Source: Lama glama
Taxonomy: Eukaryota
Direction: 5' to 3'
DNA length: 64,000 nucleotides
NCBI GenBank assembly: GCA_028534125.1
Contig: CM052832.1
Location: forward strand, 13,208,001-13,272,000
In this document: piece after piece, positions 45,875-59,000 of the stretch
How the letters are laid out: every line of letters starts with the position of its first letter
Numbering within the stretch: the first letter of the stretch is position 1
The notes under the pieces: model-generated
Database searches by the model: none
Told to the model about the DNA's origin: nothing
What the model saw: the letters and a program-made list of their open reading frames with translations, nothing else
Program-made: the position numbers and the translations under genes

Positions 45875-48800
45875 TCTTCTGCTCTGGACACACAAGGTCA
45901 GCATAAAAACCAACCTGAGGGCCACCTCCCTCTTTCCCTGTTGAGCCCCATCCTTTTACTGACCCCTGTGCACAGTGGGTGCCCTTGGCGTGCACCAGCC
46001 CCTTTAGACCTCACAGCAACCTGATGGGACAGGCTCTGTCAGTGCCCTGAGTTCAACTCTCAACTCTGCTCCTGGAAGCCCCATGACCTTGGGAAGGTTT
46101 CCTCGTGTCTCCCTACCTCAGCTTCCTCAACTGTATGGAAGTGAGGAAATAAAGGAAATAAAACAGGTGTCAACAGTAACTGTCACTAAAGGATGAGATT
46201 CAGGTAGTTTTCATTTTCTTCCTTTGAATTTCTGTATTTGTAAAATTTCTGCAGGGAATACAAATTGAATCTGATAAATATTATATATATATTAAACAAA
46301 ACTTTGCTCTGCCTATGAAATGAGCAAGTTTTAATTTGAAGTTTAAGTAGGAAAATGAATATGCAAGGGCTTTGAGAAGGTATAAAGCCCCAACCAGCCG
46401 TTCCCAAGCATGTCTGCACATTGGGATCAGCTGAGGAGTTTCAAAAATACTAATACATGGGTCACACCCTCAAAGACCTGATTTGGTTGGCTTAGGCTTT
46501 TCGATTTGATTTGGCAGCCTTGAAAGACCAGCTTGGGGACCACTGCCTTCTGTGATCATGCTGTGCAGGATACCTGGCAGGGTGGGGGGAAGCTCTGCAC
46601 CCCAGCTGCCAGGTCTTCCTCCTCATCCCCGCTCCATCCCACATGCTGAGGATATGCGGAGCCCCCAGATGAGAGAACTCGGGTTGAGAGATGGAGTCAA
46701 GACATCCCAGAGTTGGCTTAGGGGCTGATGTTGCCATCTCCCATCCCATAAACCAGGCCAGGAGCCCCCAGCTTTAGTGAGAAGAGGTGTGTCCACTAAC
46801 TAACTGAGTGTTTACCCTGAGCCAGGTACTGAGCAAACAAGCAGCAAACAAGACAGCCCAGTAGGGTCCTGATTCTAGTTTTCATCCCCTTTTCTCCCAC
46901 ACAGGGGATGGGGGCTGGAAAACCCCTCTGTAGCTGGCTCAGAGCCAGGGCTGGGGAGAGGGGTCTCCTGAGCCCCTCCTGCAGAGCCCTGCCTGGGGGG
47001 CTTGTTGATCTCTGAGGCCCCATGGGAGCCACTTGCCTGAGAGCAGCTGAAAAGAGACAGGAAGGGGGGGTGGTCTCTCCAAATTCTGCCGCCAATATCC
47101 CACATCTCAGACTCTGGTTCCAGGAACTGCGAGGGAGGGAGGAACTGAGGGACCACCCCTAATACCTTACCTGCCCTGGATGAATGCTATAACTGAGCCA
47201 CTCTCTAGTCATTTGTTATTGCTTTTTTGTTTCCTCCACCTGGCCCAGGCCTGCCTGCCAAAGACATGGAATGTGACTGGAGAGGTGGGGAGGGAAAGGA
47301 GAAGGAATGGGGAAAGGGAAAGTCAAAGGACCTGGGCCCTGCTCCACCTAAGCGTCCATTCCTTCCTATAAGAAGCTCTATAATTTCACAGTTAAGCTTA
47401 TGGACACTGGAGCCTGCATCTCAAACCCCACTCAACCACTTGCTAGCTATGTGACTATGGAAAATCCAGTCTTCTATGCCTCACTTTCCTTATCTGTCAA
47501 ATGGGGATAAATAACAGGCCCCATCTCATAGGGCTGATGTGAGGATTAAATGAGGTAATACAAGTCAAGCGCTCGAAACATAGTAGTGCATGGCTTGATA
47601 AACAATGCTTATCGTTCTGATCCCACCACCCTCAGTTCCAAAAATCTCTCTTCTCTGACACCGTTGCCCAGGCTCCATTTTATCCCTCTGCCCTCCCCTT
47701 CTCACTCCACACCCTGAGCCCCATCAGCCCAGTCTCACACTCCTTTTCTTAATCAGCCTCAAGCTAAGGTGTGATTAGAACCCCCTTGTCTGCATGCCCC
47801 AAGAACTCACCACTTGCCTGGAAGTTCACTCTGAAGTCTACCTTGAGTCCCGCCTGCTTGTTTCCTCACTTGCCTCGTGCTGCTCTGCAGTTCCTGGGTC
47901 CTGCTTGGTGACTTGGAGACCCTTGACGCCAGGAAAAGCTGGCAGCTCCTTCACAGCTGTGCTCTGCACAGAAGCTGGATCCAGCCAGAAAAAGCCAAGA
48001 GAGGGCTCTGGGCAGGTGTGCAGTTGCCTCTAACACCCCACCCCCAGGGCACCTGAGCTAGCTGCCTGAGGCTAGGCAGAGCTGAGGTGGGAGGGGCAGA
48101 CTGGGGGAAGGGGTGCACTTCTGTACTGGATTCCCCAAAGGACAAGGGCTCTATCCACTTTACTGGCTCCCCTAGGAGTCACACCCTACCTACCTGCCTC
48201 ATTAACTCACTGGCTCATAGGACAGAGATACCAGTGCTGGCCAAGTCCTCGACCCCAGAGAGAGCCATTAGCAACAGAAGGACCTGCCACACACTCTCAG
48301 CCAAGGCCAGGCATCGCTTATTCCAGCTCACCTCTCCCTGTCTCTCTGTCTTTCTCTGAGCATAGTACAGCCTAGAACCCGCTCAGAACAGGGGGAGGCT
48401 TGTGGGTTGACAAGATCCAGGAAGGGAGAAGACACTGGGGCTAAGAAAGAATCAGGGAGGAGGACAAGTAAGAGGACTGGCTGGATCATGGGAGTCATTC
48501 TGCATTTACTAGCTTAGAGATTAAATAAGGTCTATTAAGGGCATCTGATCTAAACTGTGGTGGTTTCTGATACCTGAATCTTCTCCACTGCACCTCTTGC
48601 CAAGTGTTACCTGGCTTCTACTTATAAGCCTCTAGTGACAGAAAACTCAGTGCTATTGATCCCTTTTAGAACTGAGCAGAGGGATAGGGGCCAAGAGTGG
48701 AGACTGATTAAACTGATAAGAGGTCTCTTTCTTCTGTCTCATGCTCTCCTCTTTTTCCTTCATTCTCTTTCTCTGAACCCCTGTCTCTTGAACTGTATTT

Positions 48801-49475
48801 GCTTGTCTCTCTATGAAACTGAGGTTTCCTCTGATTCAACTGAGGAAGTCACCAGAACCCGAATGATTGCTAAGTACCAGACTCAGCACTCTGCCCACGC
48901 TGGACCGCAGTACCTGGTGAGCCTTATGTGGTTAACGGTAAGATGAGACAGCAAACACAGATGACAGGAGATAGGCTAACACTGAGAGGCCGTCTTAGAC
49001 TCTCACAGCAAGCTCCCCCAGGGCACTGACAATCCCGGCCCCAGGTTGTAATGTGCAGCTACCTGTCAGGAGGCAAATGTGCAATTCTGGGAACTCTCAC
49101 ACAAGCTCCAAAGAGGAACCCATGAATAACCTGAATCAGTTTCCCCTGCTGCTCCCCAGGCCCCACCAGCCACACCCCAGCTGCACCTCGACTGCATCCA
49201 GAGATTGACACCTCAAGACAGAGGTCCCCATAGGGGCACCGTGGCGTGGAGGCAGGGGATGAGATCCCCAGATATGACCCCTTACAGGCAGATTTTTGGG
49301 GAGAGTGTGGTCGGGGCTCAGGGAGATGGGGGGAATGGGGCATAGCAGGGACCATCAGAACATTGCTCTTCCCCAGGAATCAGATTCTGCTCGAAAGAAA
49401 CCCCATGCTTGCAAACAGATACAGTGAATGAGACAAGATTCACCAGCTTTGCCAGGCATGGAACAATAGGACGGC

Positions 49476-49481
49476 TTTAAT
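49476..49481 (-). terminator. RAB44: Candidate RAB44 polyadenylation signal (ATTAAA)
   Basis: tttaat on + = ATTAAA on -, about 490 nt after the stop, with U/GU-rich sequence downstream. Confidence 0.35.
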
Positions 49482-49966
49482 AAACAGGCTATATCAATTG
49501 GTAATCAGCACCAAAGCAAGCTCTTTGAAGTTTCTTTCCCTCCCCTCAACATTTACTCTTATTTCTGACTGTATGGGGAACACTCAGTCAGTGTAGAAGA
49601 TTTGAAAATACAAATACATATAAAAAGGAAAATACCACCCCTATACATTTACCCTATAATGTTACCACCCAGAGATGTTTTGCCAGTGTTGTGGTGTGTT
49701 TTCCTTAAGTCATTTTTCTAGACTTTCCCTTTCTTTAAAGAGTTTTAACTGCCCCCACCTCCACTCCCCAGCCTTATTATTCAGAAAAGTCCTTCTTTGA
49801 AGTACAAAGGGCAGTGTTAGTACAGCCCCTGCCTGGGAGCCAAGTCCTGACCTGAGGAGGATTTTCCTGAACTTCCAAGCTGGCCATCTCTGTCACTGCT
49901 GTGTCCAGGCAGGTGGGAACAGGAAACCCAGGGAAGTGGCCATTCTACCCCGGACAGGCCAGGTGG

Positions 49967-50057
49967 TCAGGAGCAGCAACCAGCTCTCTTTGGTGGCTTC
50001 TCGGGGGCCACCTCCACCAGTGAGCCCTTTAGTTGGTCTTCTTGCATCTTGAGTGAC
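49967..50057 (-). CDS. RAB44: RAB44 terminal coding exon [29 protein letters not shown]
   Basis: catgcag|G; TGA at 49969-49967; CCX geranylgeranylation motif. Confidence 0.93.
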
Positions 50058-53000
50058 CTGCATGAAGATGCCCAGGCATCAGGCCTCTCTCTCACCTCCC
50101 AGGGGCAGCAAGGAGAGGTCCAAGGGTGCAGCTAGGGGACTGCACCCCCGAGTTTCCTCTCTCCCTGCTGCTCTGCCCCTGCTCTGCATTCCACATGGCA
50201 CAAGAAAAATGGGGCCATGGAGACTTCAGCCTTCTGTCTCTTGTCTGGCATTCTCTCCAGCCTACTGTGTGCCAGGCAAGGGACTTTGATTATGGCAATG
50301 AAGCCAGCATGTCCTCGCCTTGAGTGGTGAGGGAGACAGAGAGGGGAAGGGGGCAATCAGGACCAGGAACGGGGAGGCACACAGAGGGACTTCACACCAG
50401 GTCCCAGAGGGATTTGGGGAGGAAGGAGATAGTGTTGGAGCTGAGACCGAGCGTGGACAAGGGTTCGCTAGCAGAAAAGGAGAGTGCGTTCTGGGAAGCC
50501 AGCAAAGGCTCAGTGTCAAGAAGGAGCTTGGGGGTTAGGGAAGAAAAAGAAGCCCATTCATTCATTCATTCGTTCGCAATATATCTACTCTGTACTTGAC
50601 ACTGTCCTAAATCACGGAGCCTAAGGACTGAATGGCCAGAAAGAAGGCTTCGAGGCAGCAAGGATTCAGGGCTCATGGGCCAGGAAGCCGCATTCAGGAA
50701 CTAGGGCTTTTATCCTAAAGCAAAGGGAAGCCATTGAGCAGTTGCCTGTCAGAGGTGTCAGGTGTGATCAGGTTTGCAGTTTAGCAAGCTCACTCTAGCT
50801 GCTTTGTCAGAGAAGGGACTTAGAGATTATCTGGTCTAATACCCTCTCCCCCTCACTCATTTCATTCATTTATTGAGCACCTAGTATATGCCAGGCCCCA
50901 GGCAGAGGGCTGAACAAAAGGGACATGGCCCTGTCCCCCTGGAGCTACAGCCTGGTAGGGGAGGTAGGCAGCAACTAGAAAACAGAGAAATGCATGTGTA
51001 ATTACAATTTGTGGAGAAGGACTTTGAAGCACACAAAAAGAGGATGTGATCCAGAACAGTGATGGAGGGGGGTGTGGTCAGGGAAGGCCCCTCCAATTGG
51101 CTGAAGTTTATGGGAGGGGCAGGGGAGATGGCACTGGAGCTAATACAGGCCTCTGCCAGGCTTTTGGACTTTATTCTAAATACAGTGGAAGTCACCAGAA
51201 GGTTGGGAGCAGGAGAGTAACTCTTGCTCTCCCACTGCACTGAGGCTCAGAGAGGGGACATGAGACTTCCTGGAGGTGATGCAGCTGATGGGACTGGTAG
51301 AACTGAAATCAGGAGGCTTTCCATGCATTGCTGTCTCTCGTTCCACTGACTTCTGAGCCCTGTGATTTCATAGGTGCTTCCTCAGACTGGGGCTTTCCCT
51401 CCTGGGTTCTGGGTGGGGAGTGGTAGGGTGGCACTCACCGGGCCAGATTCACCACGGGCTCCAGGATGTTGTGACCCAGGGCAGCACTGCACTCTCCAAA
51501 GGAGACCCCCAGCTCCTGCAGCCAGACAGACAGGGGTAGGGGTGTTGTGGGGGAGACCACTGAGAGTCCAGGCAGCAGCCTCTGTCACCAAAGACTGGGC
51601 CATCAGACAGAATCCCAGTATGTCCCCAGGCCAACCTCAACAGGTGAGAAGTCCCTCTGCTTGTGGCCCATGGTCCCCAGCCTCGCCCCTCTGCCCACTG
51701 GCCCTCCACCCTAGCTAGCCAAGATGTCAAAGGTGCTACCCGGAAACACTCTACAGTTTCAGAGTGACGGTGGGAAGCCTGTGTCCTAACTTGGAGAAAT
51801 GTCCTTGAGGACATTGTTAGACCATTAGTTGTGTTTTTTTGATTTCAAAAATATTTAGTTGGGGGAAATATTGGAAAATAAAACATAAAAAAGTATAAGT
51901 ACAAAGTATAAACTACTCTCACTAACGTTTGAGTATGTATTTCCATTCTGTTTTATACAGCCCTTTTAGTGGGGGCTGGGCTAAATGGCATTATACTATT
52001 AGGTGAAACAATACGAAATTGCTGTTTTGATAGGTGCCAAACAGTCAAATATCTGCAATCTCATATGGTTCAACCTAATCTATATCCAGAACTGCAGCTG
52101 CTTTTCTGACTTCACATTACATTGTATACATTTCCTCCACACCCTTAAGCATTCTTCCAGGACAGTATTCTTAATGGCAAATGCTAGCCTCTCACATGAA
52201 GCTCCACAAATTAACCATCAACTGCTGCCAAATGTTTGTTCTTATAAATGACAAAGTAAAGAACATCCTCATATAAATGCATTTGATTGTACATTATACA
52301 CGGGTGCCCATTATGTTATTCTCTTAGGGATTATTTCTGATTCTTTCTTTAGGATAAGTTGCTAGAGGAGGAATTACTATGTCAAAGAGATGAGCTACTA
52401 CTTTTAAGAGGAAAAAATTCCTGCCAACCAGGAACCACAGTGATGACTTCATGAGTAGGAGAAATGAGAGGAAGAACGGGAAGGAAATATGATACGGAAA
52501 TGCCAAGAGGGGTGGTGTCAGAGGTGGGTCAGGGAGTGATTCTTTTTTCCATCTTTATTATTCTCCAGATTTTCTGGAATGTGGCTGAATTCTATTCATG
52601 AATAAGTAGCATCCACTGTCTGGTGGTAGGGCTTTTGATGCAGTCTTTCCAGGGAAGAATTTGTGTCTTAAGATAGAATAAATTAGAAGGAATGTTATGT
52701 TAATTAGAGACCAGAGATAAATTAAGATTTGACAGGGAATTTTAAGTGAAGCTTTGAAAACCTTTTTACTCTGAAGATTTTTTTTAAAGTAGGTTGGGAC
52801 ACTGTGGGGATTTGCTATTTCAACAGTGAGATTCAATGTCATGCCCACCATTACAGCCTGATGTTTGGGTCTAAAGCCCAGGTGGGTGGGAGGCTGTTGT
52901 CTACTCCAATCTGGCCTTTGATTGGGCAGGGTCAGAAATGGGCGATGGGTCCTTCTTGGTGGCCCGGGCCAGGGTAACCTACTCACTACTCTCCAGGGAG

Positions 53001-56000
53001 GGGTCTGCCCTGTTCAGGCTTGGAAAGGAGCCAATGCCCAGGTCCTCACCTGGGCCAGTTGCTGCCCAGCCTCAGTGGACACTTGCCGCTCCTCCTTACA
53101 GTCCATCTTGTTTCCCAGGAGAAGGATGACCACCCCATCGGACACTGTATCCTGCACACAGAACACATTCCCTCAGCCACACATGTTGAGCACCTGCTGT
53201 GTGCCAGGCCCTGGGTGGATTTGGCCCCGCCCTCTAGGAAGCTGACAGTGTGCAGCCTCCCTCCACACATGCCCACCTTTGTTATCACGCCCACTCCACA
53301 CTCTTCCCGCCTTTGACACTTTCTCTTCCATCTGCAGTGAACCTGCCCCTCCTCTTTGCCTGCAAATATGTCACCCACTTTCCAAGGCCAACCTGCAAAG
53401 CACCTCCCCCAGGACACCTTCCTGGGTTGCTCCTGTCCATGCCTTTCTCATCCTGCTTGTGCTGAACAGCCCAGCACTTGATCACACATGCTGCCTTGGC
53501 TTCTTTTGTGTTTCATGAATAATAATAGCTTCTGTTTACTGAGTGTTTACTATATACCAGGTGCTGTGGTGAGAGCAATTATATCAGTTAATCCTCACAA
53601 TTCCTCTGTGAAGGAAGTCAGGAAATTGAAGTTCAGAGGGGTTAAGTCACTTGTCCTAAGTCACAGAATTGGGATGGGGTAACTAGGATTCAAACCTAGG
53701 TCTGGTTAGAACCCAGAGCCCAGCTGCTTTCGTATATTACCTTATCCTGCTGCTTTTGCATCTCTTCAAATAGACTAGAAACTTCTAGAGGGAAAACAAC
53801 ATGTTATTTTATACCCCTCTGCTGTGCTGGGACATACTGCAGAACTTCAGCATATACATATCAATTAAGTACATAGGGGAAAGAACTAGAGATGTGTGGA
53901 CAGAGAAATTATCACCTAGAGTGGCACTAGAATTGCATTATCCCCAGGTGTTAAGAAGACATCACAGAGCTTCTGTATATAGGAAAGAAATGGTTATAGG
54001 ATAAAGGAAAGAGTTTGTTTTGGAGGGAGTACTATGTGGTTGTGGTTTCTTTGTACCACTGTGCTTCCAGCCCATCCAGCCAACTGCCCTCACTAGATTA
54101 TGTCACCCACATGTCTGTAGTGTCATTTGTAATCCTGGGAGAAAAAAGGGAGGGAACAGGATACAAGTTCCCTCTTGACTCCAAAAACTATAACCCTAGC
54201 AGCCATTAACTCACCTGGAGACAGTCCAGCCAGTAGCGCACATGGGCAAAGCTCTCCTGGGAGGTGACATCGTACATGAGCACCACTCCGTCAGCTTTGC
54301 GGAGCAGCTGCCGCGTCATGCTGTGGTACCTGCCCGGAGAGTCTGCGTAAGGCCACGGCAGGCGGCCTGGCCCCAGGCCTGGCCTCTCTACCTGCCACTC
54401 CACCTGCTTCTAATTGCTTCCCAAAGAGAGTGTGCACATACTTTCCTTCTCAGAGTGTGTTTATTGTTGGATAGGTAACAGTTCTCATTGCTCAGATTTC
54501 AAAAGGTTCCAAAGGGCACCCAGTGAAAAGTCTCTCCCTGTCGACCCTACCCTCACCCTGCAGCCATCCAGTCTGCCTCCCAGAGGCAGAGTTACCCGTT
54601 TCTGAAATATTTTCCCAGAGGTGTTTTATGTACATACATATATGTATATATGCTTACACACACACACGTATATATATACCCATACACTGTTTGAGCAAAT
54701 ACAGTGTAAAACACTGTACTCATTAATACTCTGTAGCCTTTACTTTATTTTATCCAGTTAATACAATGTCTTGGAGCTATTTCCTTATTTGTACATAAAG
54801 AGAGTCCTCGGTCTTTTTTGTGGCTTCATAACATTGATGATGTTTAGATTGTTTCCAGTGTTTCATAATATAAATGATGTTGCTATGAACAGTCTTGGTC
54901 CCTTTGACAATATAGTCATGTACGAGTTTACGGGTAGGATGAGTTTCTAGAAGTAGAACTGCTGGACCATAGAAGATGTGTCTTTTCAGTTTTAATGACT
55001 ACTGCTTAACTAGAAAGTGGAAGGCCAGTATTTTCAGGACAGCAATTGGGTAGCTGTCCCCTGAGGGCCATGTTGGGACAGCCCTCACAGGTGCCCTGCC
55101 AGACTGAGGGGACCTCTAGGTCTGGTGTCCTTCTCCCCCCACTGGGACTGGACTCATCTTTCTGTCTCTGACCTCCTGAATCCTCAGGGATAGAAGCTGC
55201 ACTTGCATTTGCACTTGGTTGCCTCTTAGCCCGTGTTAGACTCCTCAAGGCTGGGGCTGCCTGCTGCACCCTCTGCAATCCAGGCTCAAGCCTGGGTCTC
55301 TGACGCCACTAATGGCGACTGTACCCATTACCTCTCCTGGCCAGCCGTGTCCCAGAGCTGCAGCGCAAAGCACTTGTTGTCCACCATCAGGTTTTTGACC
55401 CGAAAATCCACTCCTAGGACACATAGAAGAGGGTCAGGCGTACTTTCAAGTTACTGCCCAGGTCTTTTAGCTGAGGCCGGCCCAAATATATACGTGTCCC
55501 CAGTACCAGCCAGGGTGGGACGGGAACCTTCAGCTGCTGGGCTTCCCCTCTGCTCTCCAAATTCCATCCATACTCAAGGGCCCACATCCTCCAAGAAGCC
55601 TTCCCTGACCACCCAGCCCCCACTGCACTCCTGCCCTGACAGCCAATGCGAGGCACCTTGCATTGTCTTTACTTCTATGAAAATATCTGTCTTCTCAATT
55701 GCATGGCAGTGTTTGTTCCTCAGGCTACTCAAGAAAATCAGTTTTATTTATTTTTGTAATACTCCTTGTTTCATTCCTAATTGTTGCATGCATCTTCCCC
55801 CTTTACCCAGACAGCAGGGCAGACAGGTAGCCTGAGAGAGTGGAAGAAGCACTGGCTTCAAGGATGACCAGCTGGGCTGTGAGTTATCCAGCCTCTGCTG
55901 CTGTACTGTCTGTGTGACCTCAGGCAAGTCACTTCACCTCTCTGAGCCTTCCTTCCTTATCTGCAAGGTGGCAATTTAAAATGACTCACATCACTGGGTG

Positions 56001-59000
56001 GTTGGGAGGATTAAATGACTTATGTCAGGAGTCAGCCGAGTGCCTGGGGAGTGAGAGATGGTAATTTTTATTATCACTATGAATTCCCATCTCCCTGGAC
56101 ACAAGTTCTTTAAATTTCGCAGTCCCCATCCCTCCCTGTGTCATTATTTCAGATCCTTTCCGTCCCTGGAAATATGGAGGTAATAGTGAAATCCCAGGAA
56201 GATTTGGACTCTTTGGAGTATACCTTCGTGCCAACCCTCATTTCCCAAGGAAACCAGGTGGGGGATGAGGTGCTGGAGGGGGGCTGCTTTGTCCCCATGC
56301 CCACCCCCTGTGCTAATGGAGCCTTGAGGCTGCAGAGCGCACTGTACGGCCCAGATCAGCTCAGGAAAGAGGTGGCTCTTCATAATAGCCCTGAGCTACT
56401 AGAGACCTTCCTCAAGGTCTCTCATGGTGACCCCTCTAAGCATCTGCTGCTGTCCCTGGTGGTGACAGAAGCCATAGACACCCCCTGCCCGTGCTGTCCA
56501 CAGGAAGCTGGGAGAAGTGGCAGCTCCAGGAGGTCTGACCTCGGTAAATGGTGAAGCAGAGGTCTGTAGCATCCATTTCTCTTTACTGCCCTCTTCCCTG
56601 AAGGTCTTAGGAAGCCCAGGGTCTGCAGGAACTTCTGAGGTTATCTAATCCCACTGCTTGTGATGATATCCAGCCTCTGCTTAAATACCCACCATATGAT
56701 CTAAGGATTATTCTTTGCTTTTAATAACTCCCCTATTAATGCCACTTTCCACCTCCCTGCCTATCGCCCTCTGAAACCCATCCATGTTCCCCTCACATCC
56801 TCCCCCAGACATGTTACAGCTTACCCACATAAACTATTAGGAACGTAATGTTTTCTGCTTCCCAAAGAATCTACTATTTTATACATGCACAAACCCAGGG
56901 AGAGGGCAACACTGAACCCAGGAAAGAATAAAACTTCTGGTGTGGGGTCATGTGCTTTGAAGGCAGGTGGCCCTGGGTATGAACTTTGGGACTCAAGTGG
57001 GGCAAGAAACTTAACCAGGTCTTCAATTCTCTGTTTTCCTAATCTGTAAAATGGGGATAGATAGAAGAATCCTCACAAAAATGCACATTCAGATATAACT
57101 CCTTTGGCTCTGGATCTGGTCCTCCACCTGGCCTTGTTCTCAAATGCCGGCAGGTAAGAGAGGGGAGTGGGAATGGAGGAGGGTGATGCTGAGCAGGGAA
57201 ATGTTCATGACTGTGGAAGCCAGAATCATCCCTATGGTTGAGCAAGATGGATGACAGCCACCAGGGGCAGTAAACTGCAGGTGAGCCTGGGACAGATTTG
57301 GATCACACACCTGGATCTCAGGTCCTCCAGCCGGCTAGTAGTGCAGCAGCCTTGCCCTGTCTTTTTTACAATTATGCAAGCTGTCTTTTTCTCAACTGAC
57401 TTTTGGGGAGTCTTCTTACCACATAATAGTGGGAGAGGCTCAATTACAGGGAGGGCTGTTGTAAAGAATAAGACATGTATGCCTGGTACCTTGTAGGTGG
57501 TCTGTAACCGGTAGCTTAGGTGATTAATGATGGTGGCCTTGCAGACCCTGTGATCCTGCTCAACCTCAGGCCAGAACTCCTATGGGTCCCCCATCCCCCA
57601 GGACACCGCATTGTTACCTGGCTCCCCAGGTGAGGATTCTCAGGCAGAGAAAAGTTTGAGAACTTGTCCTGGAGGCACCTATCTTATGTAAAGTTTAAGA
57701 ACTTTATCCACTGGTCTGCCACTGTTCCCCAGTCAACATCCACCCTGACAGACACAAAGATGCGGATCACTCCATCTTTGCCCCAAAGTGGGATATTCCC
57801 ACAAGCTCTTTTCTGTGACTCTATGCAGTGTTCAAGTGGCCACATATCCCAATATTTTTAGGGAGAGGAAGCTTTGTACTTTGGGACATATTATTTGCAA
57901 GAGCCACTGAATTAGACATTATCAAATATTTACTTATATTAATAACAACCATGAAAATAACTAATATTAATTGAGCACTTAATACATGCCAGATACTATT
58001 CTAAGACCTTGAGACGTACTAACGGAACTAATTCTTACAAGCACTCCAGGAAGTCAGCACTATTGGTGCCCCCATTATGCTCAGAGGGCTTAAATAGTAC
58101 CACTAGTAAGTGGCCAAGCTGGGGTTTGAACTCAGGCACCTGTGTTCCTAACTTACCCCACTCTCCAAATACATTCTGTGTAAAATGTTCAACTTGCCCA
58201 ACATGACCTCCTGCCAGAACCTGGCTGACTGGCCTGGGGCTGGTCCTGAGCAAAGTCAAGCAGCACGGACCCTGCAGTGGCCCGCCCAGGGGCCAGGTGG
58301 GTGGAGACCTACTTGTTTTCACCTTCAGCCAGTGCCGGCACCTAAATTGCAGGGTGCTTTGTTGATGTGGCACATTATAAGCTAATCAGATCAATGCAGA
58401 AAAAGCAAATTATCTGTAATTAGAGATGATTAGTAAAATAGCCAAATTATGTGCAAAATAATGTGTAATGCAGGGCCTGTGGCCAGGGCAGAAACTACAG
58501 CTTCCACAGGGTTGGCTTGTGGCTCACTCTGGGCCTGCTCCAGCCTGTCAGCCTGGTCCCCTGGGTCCCCCCTCCCTCCCCCGCCTCCCTCCCCAGGTGG
58601 GTCCTTACCTACGGTGGCCGTCAGCTGAGTAGCTAATGAGTTCTGATGCAGCAGGTGCAGGAAAGATGTTTTGCCCACGTTTGAGTCTCCCAGGAAGATG
58701 ACATGGAAGGCGTAATCAGGGTTGGCTGAAGGAGGTTCACTGGCCATGTGCTCCCCTGGAAATGGGGTTGGCCCAGCACCCCTGGAGTCCATTCCTGGGT
58801 CTTTAGGCCAGTTCTCTGCCCTCGGCTCTCTGGATTGAGGGGGACCTTGTTCTTCTGCGTGAGCAGTTGTGGGTGGGGGCCTGGGTTGGGCTTCCAGTTC
58901 AGCCCTGGTTGGGAGGGTTTGTGTGGGCTCCCAGGGCTCTGCTCCATCCCCAGGCTGAGCCCCAATGCAGGGAGAGTCCCTTGTAGGTGATGGTTTTCCA

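Noticed and set aside
45875..45925. GPCR N-terminus MALRLVFMLTLCVQSRR from the ORF track
   Set aside because: Starts at GTG; the ATG at 45904 has a poor Kozak context and the region looks like a splice acceptor, so ATG 45874 is preferred
45386..45995. ORFs overlapping the GPCR (142, 130 and 109 aa)
   Set aside because: Shadow frames of a GC-rich coding sequence with no recognisable domains
49967..50057. Suspected frameshift in the RAB44 last exon
   Set aside because: Recounting bases gives CTA AAG GGC TCA; the frame is intact through GCCS*
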